Below the pieces are notes generated by a model. That model was not told where the DNA came from. It did not search any database and saw only the letters and a list, made by a program, of their open reading frames with translations. Shown here one piece after another: positions 7,765 through 14,508 of a stretch of DNA of 14,508 nt. The first letter of the stretch is position 1. Each line of letters starts with the position of its first letter. The translations under genes were made by a program, and so were the position numbers. Source of the DNA: Pseudothermotoga sp. (GTDB lineage: Bacteria > Thermotogota > Thermotogae > Thermotogales > DSM-5069); assembly GCA_041640575.1 (NCBI GenBank), contig JBEPZZ010000042.1, positions 1 through 14,508 of the forward strand. The letters run 5' to 3'.

Positions 7765-8919
7765 ATGAGGCTTGGACTAGATGTTTTCCTAGAGAAAGAT
7801 TTTGTGAACTACAAAAACGCGAATATTGGACTTATTACAAATGCTACAGGTATTAACCATGAGCTTAAAAGAAACCTGGATCTTTTAATCGAAAAAGGTT
7901 TAAAGATTAAGAAACTGTTTGGACCTGAACATGGGCTTTTTGGTGTTGCTGCAGATGGTGAAAAAGTTTCCCATTCATGTGATCCGAAATATAAGATTCC
8001 GATTTACTCCCTTTATGGCGAGACGGTGCGACCGACAGATGAGATGTTAGAAGATATTGATGTATTGATATACGATATTCAAGATGTTGGCCTGAGATTT
8101 TACACATACATATACACAATGGTGTACTGCTTAGAAGAATGTGCGAAAAAAAATATTGAGTTTATAGTGCTTGATCGACCAAATCCGCTTTCTTGCAAGG
8201 TTGAGGGTCCAGTGATCGAAAAGGAATTTGAAAGTTTTGTCGGGGGTTATGGGTTAGCTTTACGTTATGGATTGACTGTAGCAGAACTTGCTAGATACAT
8301 AAATGGCATTTATAATCTGGGAGCAAAACTAACAGTAATTCCGATGCAAGGATATGATTCTTCTAAGTTCTACGATGAACTAAGTTTACTTTGGAATACT
8401 CCTTCACCAAATTTACCATCGTTGGAACATACAATACTCTACGAAGGTTTCTGCCTCATGGAAGGCGTCAATGTATCCGTAGGGAGAGGGACCGTTCATC
8501 CTTTTAAGTACATTGGGGCACCCTGGATAAACCCAGAGAAGCTTTACAATCGCTTAAAAAAAATTGAGCATGAAGGTGTAACGTTTAGAGAGCGAAGTTT
8601 TATACCACTGACATCTAAGTTTCAAGGCAAAGTCTGCCATGGATTGGAATTTTTTGTGCTTGAAAAGAGGAAAATCAAACCGTTAGACATTGCCGTTGAT
8701 TTGATAGCAGAATTGAGAGCTCTCCATCCCAATGATTTCAAATGGGATAGTTATGTCCATTTAGAAGAGGAGAAATTCTACTTTGATCGTTTGATAGGCA
8801 GTAGTTTCTATCGAAAAGCAATTGAAAGTGGTGCAAAATCCAGCGATCTTTCCAAGATATGGGAAGAACAATCGGCTATTTTTGAAAAGAAAGTTAAATC
8901 GTTTAGAATTTATTTATAG
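7765..8919 (+). CDS. namZ: Exo-beta-N-acetylmuramidase NamZ family (DUF1343/YbbC, GH171), no signal peptide
   Basis: Family motifs GLITNATG, LFGPEHG, YSLYG...RPT.EML, YDIQDVG.RFYTY, VLDRPNP, SPNLP, EG.NVS.GRGT..PF..IGAPW and FD.L.G. RBS GAGGTGA at 7754-7760. Confidence 0.9.
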   Translation: MRLGLDVFLEKDFVNYKNANIGLITNATGINHELKRNLDLLIEKGLKIKKLFGPEHGLFGVAADGEKVSHSCDPKYKIPIYSLYGETVRPTDEMLEDIDVLIYDIQDVGLRFYTYIYTMVYCLEECAKKNIEFIVLDRPNPLSCKVEGPVIEKEFESFVGGYGLALRYGLTVAELARYINGIYNLGAKLTVIPMQGYDSSKFYDELSLLWNTPSPNLPSLEHTILYEGFCLMEGVNVSVGRGTVHPFKYIGAPWINPEKLYNRLKKIEHEGVTFRERSFIPLTSKFQGKVCHGLEFFVLEKRKIKPLDIAVDLIAELRALHPNDFKWDSYVHLEEEKFYFDRLIGSSFYRKAIESGAKSSDLSKIWEEQSAIFEKKVKSFRIYL

Positions 8920-8929
8920 GTGGTACAAT
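8902..8929 (+). promoter_or_regulatory. Putative extended -10 promoter for the DUF362 gene
   Basis: TG-G-TACAAT at 8921-8929 (TGnTAnAAT) just after the namZ stop, with a weak -35 TTTAGA at 8902-8907. Confidence 0.45.
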
Positions 8930-8971
8930 ACTTCCAAGGCTTGCAAGTACACTTTGCTCGGGGGGATTATC

Positions 8972-10042
8972 TTGGAAAAGGTTTTCTTTACTGACATGAC
9001 TGTGAATGCATCAATGAATATGCTTCAAAAGTTTCAGAGAATTCTTGAATACCTAGATTTTCAAAGCATGTTAGCAAAAGACTCCTTGGTAGCAATAAAG
9101 TTGCACTTTGGTGAGTACGGGAATCTGGCCTTTATCAGGCCTCAATATTTGCGCATTGTGGTTGACTATGTTACAAAATTCGGTGCAAAACCGTTTTTGA
9201 CTGATGCTAATACCCTTTACAAAGGACACAGATCCAATGCTGTTGATCATTCTTGGAATGCCATACTGAACGGCTTTACACCAGAAGTTGTTGGAGCACC
9301 AGTTATTATCGCAGATGGTTTAAGAGGATCCGATCAGGTTGAAATAGAAATCAATGGGCAATACGTCAAAAAAGCGAAGATAGGTTCCGCTGTAGCTTTA
9401 GCCGATGTGATAATCTCTGTTACACATTTTAAAGGACACATGTCATCTGGGTTCGGTGGCACAATAAAAAATCTCGGTATGGGATCGGCCTCGCGTGCTG
9501 GAAAACTTGAACAACACTCTGATACAAAACCGATGGTAGCCATTGAAAAATGCGTTGCTTGTCGAATGTGTCAAAGGTTTTGCCCAACTGGTGCCATAAC
9601 CGTGCAAAAGCATGCGATCATAAATTATGATCTTTGCATAGGATGTGGAGAATGCGTAGCAATGTGTAATTACGGAGCTATGGAACCCAGATGGGACACT
9701 TCGAACGATCTATTGTGTAGAAAAATGGTAGAGTATACAAAGGCTGTTCTTAAGGATAAGAAAGCAGTTTTCATAGCATTTCTGACAGATATATCTCCAG
9801 ACTGTGACTGTTGGAACGCTAATAGACAACCCATTGCTCCAAATATTGGCATAGTGGCAAGTCGTGATCCTGTTGCATTAGAACAAGCTTGTATAGACCT
9901 AGTGATGGAAACCGTTGGGAAGGATCCGTTCAAAGAAATCCATCCTAAAGCACCGTGGAAAGTACAGCTCGAGTATGCTGAAGAAATTGGTTTAGGCTCA
10001 AGAAGGTATGAATTAGTAAAAGTAGCCTGTAATCTTAAGTGA
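8972..10042 (+). CDS. DUF362-domain protein with an inserted 2x[4Fe-4S] ferredoxin domain
   Basis: VAIKLHFGE.GN, PFLTDANTLY.G.R.NA, HFKGH...GFGG..KN.GMG, CVACRMCQRFCP (from 9551), CIGCGECVAMC (from 9635), SPDCDC and ASRDPVALEQA. Start moved to in-frame TTG 8972 after GGGGGGA (8960-8966), which removes the 98-nt overlap with namZ. Confidence 0.88.
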   Translation: MEKVFFTDMTVNASMNMLQKFQRILEYLDFQSMLAKDSLVAIKLHFGEYGNLAFIRPQYLRIVVDYVTKFGAKPFLTDANTLYKGHRSNAVDHSWNAILNGFTPEVVGAPVIIADGLRGSDQVEIEINGQYVKKAKIGSAVALADVIISVTHFKGHMSSGFGGTIKNLGMGSASRAGKLEQHSDTKPMVAIEKCVACRMCQRFCPTGAITVQKHAIINYDLCIGCGECVAMCNYGAMEPRWDTSNDLLCRKMVEYTKAVLKDKKAVFIAFLTDISPDCDCWNANRQPIAPNIGIVASRDPVALEQACIDLVMETVGKDPFKEIHPKAPWKVQLEYAEEIGLGSRRYELVKVACNLK

Positions 10043-10162
10043 CTAATATTGTTCCGTATTTACTTTTAGACAGCTGAACTGTAGTTAGACTTAAAATTCG
10101 GGGTAAAACTAACCAAATAGTTACCTTAGTTTATACGACTTGTCCATACTCCTAGTTCGTTG

Positions 10163-11245
10163 CTACCCATCAATTATTTTTTGACCTGATTCATAGTCGA
10201 AGACGATTACCCTGCTGTATGGTACTTCGACGTAAGCAACCTCCCCGGGCTGTATTTTTTGGTCAACAGGTGTTATCACTTTGAATATTTGATCACTTAC
10301 TTGCAATGTTATGATCTGTTCCCTACCTAGTGGTTCAACAGTATAAACAATGGAAACAATAGCATTTTCCCTTGGAGTTTCATGAATGATTCCGTGTTCC
10401 GGTCTAAATGCCAAGATGAATCTTTGACTTCCAATTTTCAATAGAGAATCAATAAAAGGATAAAACAGTTCACTTCCACCGATACGCAATGTTTTCCTTT
10501 GAGAATCCAAGAAGGCTTGCAGCAAGTTTGCTGGGGGACTTCCTAAAAAACTCGCGACAAAAGTGTGAGTCGGTTTATTGTAAACTTGCTCCGGTTCTCC
10601 GATCTGGATTACCGTCCCGTTGTTTAAAACGACTATTCTGTCAGCTATAGCCAATGCCTCTGCTTGGTCATGTGTAACATATACTGATGTTATCTTAAGA
10701 TCCTTCTGCAATTTCTTTATTTCAGCTCTTACATTAAGTCTCAAGAGAGCATCAAGGTTGCTCAGCGGTTCGTCAAAAAGTAATACTCTAGGTCTTTTGA
10801 CCAAAGCTCTAGCTATCGCTACCCGTTGTTGTTGGCCACCACTAAGCTGCCAAGGATATCTGTTCAAAAATTCTTCTATTTGTAGCATCCGAGCAACAGA
10901 CACCACTTCTTCCTTTATCTGTAATTCCCGCATTTTCTTGAGTCTCAGAGGAAAGGCTATGTTTTCATACACTTTCATATGGGGATAAAGGGCCCAATTT
11001 TGAAATACCAGTCCAACATTCCTGTTTTTTGGAGGCATATTTGTGAAATCCTCTCCATCGAATAATATTTGACCTGAGGTTGGCTTATAAATACCCGCTA
11101 TTAAATACATTAAGGTTGTCTTACCGCTCCCAGATGGGCCAAGCAGAACAACGAACTCACCATTCTCAATGCTGAAATTTACGTTGGAGAGCGCCACAAC
11201 TTTTCCAAACTTTTTTGTCACACCGCGTATTTCAATCCTTGCCAA
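10163..11245 (-). CDS. Carbohydrate ABC transporter ATP-binding protein (MalK/UgpC family)
   Basis: Walker A GPSGSGKT, Q-loop VFQNWALYPHM, signature LSGGQQQR, Walker B LLFDEPLSNLD, H-loop YVTHDQ and a C-terminal TOBE/OB region. TTG start with RBS AGGAGGTGA (11260-11252). Confidence 0.96.
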   Translation of the reverse strand: MARIEIRGVTKKFGKVVALSNVNFSIENGEFVVLLGPSGSGKTTLMYLIAGIYKPTSGQILFDGEDFTNMPPKNRNVGLVFQNWALYPHMKVYENIAFPLRLKKMRELQIKEEVVSVARMLQIEEFLNRYPWQLSGGQQQRVAIARALVKRPRVLLFDEPLSNLDALLRLNVRAEIKKLQKDLKITSVYVTHDQAEALAIADRIVVLNNGTVIQIGEPEQVYNKPTHTFVASFLGSPPANLLQAFLDSQRKTLRIGGSELFYPFIDSLLKIGSQRFILAFRPEHGIIHETPRENAIVSIVYTVEPLGREQIITLQVSDQIFKVITPVDQKIQPGEVAYVEVPYSRVIVFDYESGQKIIDG

Positions 11246-11251
11246 ATAAGT

Positions 11252-12127
11252 TCACCTCCTCAAACCTCCTGTGTAGACTTTGAAGAGAAGCTTTTGGCTT
11301 GAAATGTAGAAAATTATGGTCGGCAGCAAATAAAATGTTGCTGCGGCAGCCAGTAAAGGCATGTAAGCAAGTTCAGTTTCCAAATTCGATTCAATAAAGG
11401 TTGCCAATGTTCTGTCAATCAAAAATGTGCGAACATAAATTATATCCTGCCATCCGGCCAGAAACCCGAAAATCAACACTGCAACAATGCCGGGTTTTAT
11501 CAGTGGTAAAAGTATGCTCCTCCATACTTTGAAACGTGAAGCTCCATCAATTAGAGCAGACCATTCTACCTCCCACGGCAAAAGGTCAAAAAAACCTTTC
11601 ATCAGCCATACTGACAAAGGCACTTCCAAGGCAGCTCTTGCCAAGATTACGTAGAAAAAGGAAAAATACCTTATATATGACAAGCTGGAAGGCATGAGAA
11701 GCATGTAAAGAAAGTAAACGCCAACTATGAGAACTGAACCAGGTAACGCATGAATGAGCAGTATTGATAAAAGCAAAACTTTACGTCCCTTGAAATTCAA
11801 CCTTGAAATTGCATAACCAGTTAATGCACCCACAAGTACGTTCAAAAAAGCAACTCCTGTTGCTACTATTGCTGTTGTAAGCGTATACAGCCAGATGTTC
11901 TCGCGTATACCTCCTGTTAATGCTATTCTTCCGCTAAAAAATAACCGCCAATTTTTCAGACTGAACACGAAATCTGAAAAGTCAAAATTTGTGGCCATTC
12001 GATTTCCAAAACTTGAAATTACAAGAAGTGAGAAGGCAACTAAAATGGGGAACGAAAATCCAAGAAGAAAAGCAAGATAAACAATTTCTTTCCATTTATT
12101 TTTGGTTTCAACATCTTTCAGGGCCAT
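11252..12127 (-). CDS. Carbohydrate ABC transporter permease (MalG-like)
   Basis: GYAISR..F.GR, a variant EAA loop WLMKGFFDLLPWEVEWSALIDGASR and TM helices. Start moved to ATG 12127 (TAATG overlap; GGGGAG RBS at 12140-12135). Confidence 0.92.
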   Translation of the reverse strand: MALKDVETKNKWKEIVYLAFLLGFSFPILVAFSLLVISSFGNRMATNFDFSDFVFSLKNWRLFFSGRIALTGGIRENIWLYTLTTAIVATGVAFLNVLVGALTGYAISRLNFKGRKVLLLSILLIHALPGSVLIVGVYFLYMLLMPSSLSYIRYFSFFYVILARAALEVPLSVWLMKGFFDLLPWEVEWSALIDGASRFKVWRSILLPLIKPGIVAVLIFGFLAGWQDIIYVRTFLIDRTLATFIESNLETELAYMPLLAAAATFYLLPTIIFYISSQKLLFKVYTGGLRR

Positions 12128-13083
12128 TACAAATCTCCCCTTGGTTCGATAATGAGCTTTTCGAATCCAAGGATTTTCAAGGTTATCCACCCAAGAACTG
12201 CGCCAATGATAACCAAAAGAACACCAGCTGCCGCCGCAAAACCTTGGTCAAAAGTACCTGTAAATGCAAGCTCATAGATGTATAAAGCCCAGGGTGTACC
12301 GTATGATTTGTCAACTAGTCTCCAAGAAACCAGTAAATATGTATGAGCATAAGAGGTCAGCAAACTCAGCAATTGCCACGTGGTAACGTACATGATATGC
12401 CATCGGATTTGTGGAATTAGTATACGTCTGCAAAGTTGCCAATCTGTGGCGCCATCCACTCTAGCTGCAATGATGTATTCACTTGGTATACTATTAATTG
12501 CTGAAGAAAGCACAATCATGCCAAAGCTTACACCTACCAATCCGTTGACGAAAATTATCACACTCCAAGCACCGTATGGGAGGAATTCCTGTCCCCAAGA
12601 GATTGTCCTTTGGATAAACCCAAGTCTTGAAAGAACAGAGTTTAATGTGCCAATTTTACTACCGTGGAAGAAATAATACCAAGCCAAGCTGTACACAGCT
12701 ATAGGAGCCATTCTTGGAAGAAGCCAAATAGTTTGAATTATAGAGCTAGAACGTTTAGTGACAAAAAAGCTCGTCAAGGCTAGTACAAGTCCTCCTAACA
12801 CATTTATCAAAAGTGTAACTAGTACAAATATCCCAGTTGTCATGAAAACCGCCTTAACCGAAGGATCATTTCTAATCGCATAAAACAATTTATAGTAATT
12901 TCGCCATCCAACTAAGACTTGTGCATACCTATGAATATTCCAGTTTCTCAGCGGCGTGAAACTGACATAGATCGTAAGTACTGTCGGAAGGAAATAAAAC
13001 ATTGCCAAAATGAAAAGAGCCGGGGCTAAAAAGCCCCACAGCTCCAGTTGCCTTTTCATATTTCTCATCTTCATATTTCTCAT
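12127..13083 (-). CDS. Carbohydrate ABC transporter permease (MalF-like)
   Basis: FLAPAL, VGWRNY, EAA-like loop SIPSEYIIAARVDGA and G.AAAAG. Start taken at ATG 13083 (ATGA overlap with the SBP stop); in-frame ATGs at 13074, 13068 and 13059 are alternatives. Confidence 0.9.
   Translation of the reverse strand: MRNMKMRNMKRQLELWGFLAPALFILAMFYFLPTVLTIYVSFTPLRNWNIHRYAQVLVGWRNYYKLFYAIRNDPSVKAVFMTTGIFVLVTLLINVLGGLVLALTSFFVTKRSSSIIQTIWLLPRMAPIAVYSLAWYYFFHGSKIGTLNSVLSRLGFIQRTISWGQEFLPYGAWSVIIFVNGLVGVSFGMIVLSSAINSIPSEYIIAARVDGATDWQLCRRILIPQIRWHIMYVTTWQLLSLLTSYAHTYLLVSWRLVDKSYGTPWALYIYELAFTGTFDQGFAAAAGVLLVIIGAVLGWITLKILGFEKLIIEPRGDL
13007..13045 (-). terminator. Terminator-like hairpin inside the 5' end of the permease CDS
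   Basis: The minus strand reads GGAGC-TG-TGGGGCT-TTTT-AGCCCCG-GCTCT-TTTCATTTT: about 12 bp of stem with a 2-nt bulge plus a U-rich tail, starting about 35 nt after the SBP stop. Confidence 0.5.
13055..13083 (-). repeat. 15-bp-period tandem duplication at the SBP/permease junction
   Basis: ATGAGAAATATGAA occurs twice on the minus strand (13083-13070 and 13068-13055), encoding MRNMK-MRNMK. Confidence 0.9.
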
Positions 13084-14507
13084 TTTGCGCCGAATTTCCA
13101 CTCGGTTGGAACCTGTCCAACAATTATGACGCTTTGCTTTAGATCTAAATCGGCGTTTATTTTGCTTATTATGAATTCTACCGCTTTGTCTGGTTGCATT
13201 CTACCTCGCAACACATTATCTACAACTTCGGCATAAATTGCTACAAGTTTGGGATACATTGGGTGCATAGGCGGGAAGGTAGTGTACTCAAGCATGTAAG
13301 CAACATCAGTTAAAAATTTTGCGTTAATCGGGTGAACTGTTGCTTTTACAATTTCCCCGAGCACTGATTTCACTGCAGGGTCAAGATCGACGTTTAAATC
13401 GTAAAGATTTTTCAGCCACTTTTCATCATTCAATAATTTTGCCGCGCCTTTACTAACAGGTAAGTGGGCACTTATGATACTGTGGATGGCGTTGATGTCG
13501 GGATCACAAGCTTTAGCGATGATTAAGAAAGCAAGTTCTTCGTAGTTTGGCTTAAGGGTCGAATATTTCGGATTTTGCGAGCCTGCTCTTGAACTTATCA
13601 TCCACATAAAAGGTTGACTGAGTGTCACAGGTTTATTACCTAATTCTCCAGCCGGAAAGAGAGTGTAGTAGAACCAACTTTGCACTTCTTCTGGTGTTAA
13701 TCCTCTTGCCTGCCCTGTTTTTGGATCAGTGTAATAATTCTTCGTTTGCCATTCGGTCCAGTACCAAGTTCCACCAATGTCAAATAGTGTTCTACCTTCA
13801 ACTATGGCTGGATGAACCTGCTTGGCCCAATCCCAAGCCATAATATCACTTGGTAAAAGTCCACTACTAGCAAAAAGAGATTCAATTGTTAACCATTTGT
13901 AAACTGCTGGAATATCCAAGATCAATTTGTTGGTTTGTGGGTTGTAAAGTTGCCCACCGAATGCAAGAATGAATTGTATTAAGTCCGGATGAGCAGTGCC
14001 TCTTCTGTGAATCAATCCCCATTGTGATGCACCTTTCGAAACTGATTCCTTTGCCCAGGTGTAGACATCAACCCAAGTGAACTTACCTTCAGCTACTTTT
14101 TTGCTTAAATCTGATAGATCCAAACCAATCTTGGCAGCTATATCTTTTCTGACATACAAAGGTCTAGCTTCAGTATCTTGAGGTAATCCATAAAGGCCTC
14201 CTTTGTATCTTGCTGCGTCGACTAATGTAGCGTAAAAATCGGACATTAAATCTGGATACTTAATAGCATATTTACTGATGTTCAAAAGATAACCTTCTTC
14301 AGCGAGTGAAGCTATATACACATAGGAGTTCACCAAGAAATCTGCAGCCGTACCTAATGAATGTTTGCTGAGAAACTCTTGATACATTTGTGTGAAATCG
14401 AGTTCATATCTGGTTTCACGAATGACAATTTTTGAGTTGATACCATTTCTAGACCAAATTTCGTTGATTCGTCGGGTTGCTTGCACGATTCGTTGTACTC
14501 TAATGAC
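13080..14507 (-). CDS. Carbohydrate ABC transporter substrate-binding protein (5'-truncated by the window edge)
   Basis: The frame stays open past GTG 14486 to the window end (VIRVQRIVQATRR...), and no signal peptide is present in the window. Family-1 SBP motif YKGGLYGLPQDTEARPLYVRKD; first visible gene of a permease-permease-ATPase operon. Confidence 0.9.
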   Translation of the reverse strand, partial: VIRVQRIVQATRRINEIWSRNGINSKIVIRETRYELDFTQMYQEFLSKHSLGTAADFLVNSYVYIASLAEEGYLLNISKYAIKYPDLMSDFYATLVDAARYKGGLYGLPQDTEARPLYVRKDIAAKIGLDLSDLSKKVAEGKFTWVDVYTWAKESVSKGASQWGLIHRRGTAHPDLIQFILAFGGQLYNPQTNKLILDIPAVYKWLTIESLFASSGLLPSDIMAWDWAKQVHPAIVEGRTLFDIGGTWYWTEWQTKNYYTDPKTGQARGLTPEEVQSWFYYTLFPAGELGNKPVTLSQPFMWMISSRAGSQNPKYSTLKPNYEELAFLIIAKACDPDINAIHSIISAHLPVSKGAAKLLNDEKWLKNLYDLNVDLDPAVKSVLGEIVKATVHPINAKFLTDVAYMLEYTTFPPMHPMYPKLVAIYAEVVDNVLRGRMQPDKAVEFIISKINADLDLKQSVIIVGQVPTEWKFGAK

Positions 14508-14508
14508 G

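Noticed and set aside
8822..8971. 50-aa N-terminal extension of the DUF362 ORF
   Set aside because: It overlaps namZ by 98 nt and spans a likely promoter; an RBS and in-frame TTG at 8972 give a family-typical start.
10140..10151. 12-mer TTGTCCATACTC identical to 720-731
   Set aside because: Several chance 12-mer matches are expected in 14.5 kb, and the similarity does not extend into the flanks.
10043..10162. Bidirectional terminator between the convergent operons
   Set aside because: Only weak AT-rich stems (AAACTAA/TTAGTTT, GGTAA/TTACC) without convincing U-tails.
5064..13843. Remaining 60-120-aa ORFs antisense to or overlapping the ABC, namZ and DUF362 genes (including 12929-13123)
   Set aside because: They are nested in or overlap well-supported genes, with no motifs or RBS.
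1..14508. CRISPR array, tRNA/rRNA, IS element, prophage or defence genes
   Set aside because: No periodic repeat-spacer structure, cloverleaf, or transposase/integrase/nuclease motifs; almost all of the sequence is accounted for by the CDSs listed.

Overview
A gene-dense, AT-rich bacterial window that most resembles Thermotogae (probably Pseudothermotoga-like). This is inferred from gene order, protein similarity as I recall it, and short signal peptides without a lipobox. It has three blocks. (1) Minus strand, 1-4363: the conserved ffh-rpsP-khpA-rimM-trmD-(TM1570-like SPOUT methyltransferase)-rplS-lepB operon. lepB runs off the left edge and is missing from the ORF track. (2) After a 361-bp divergent intergenic region containing a 70-bp nested inverted repeat, a plus-strand CUT1 sugar ABC cassette (binding protein and two permeases, no ATPase) is followed by a NamZ/DUF1343 exo-beta-N-acetylmuramidase with no signal peptide, then a DUF362 protein with a 2x[4Fe-4S] ferredoxin domain. 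(3) A convergent minus-strand sugar ABC operon (binding protein truncated at the right edge, two permeases, ATPase) that looks Thermococcales-like. The best candidate for an undescribed system is a PTS-independent route for salvaging peptidoglycan sugars (ABC importer plus cytoplasmic NamZ). Related GC-rich hairpins sit just downstream of both binding-protein genes, one of them inside a coding sequence. I found no tRNA, rRNA, CRISPR array or transposase.
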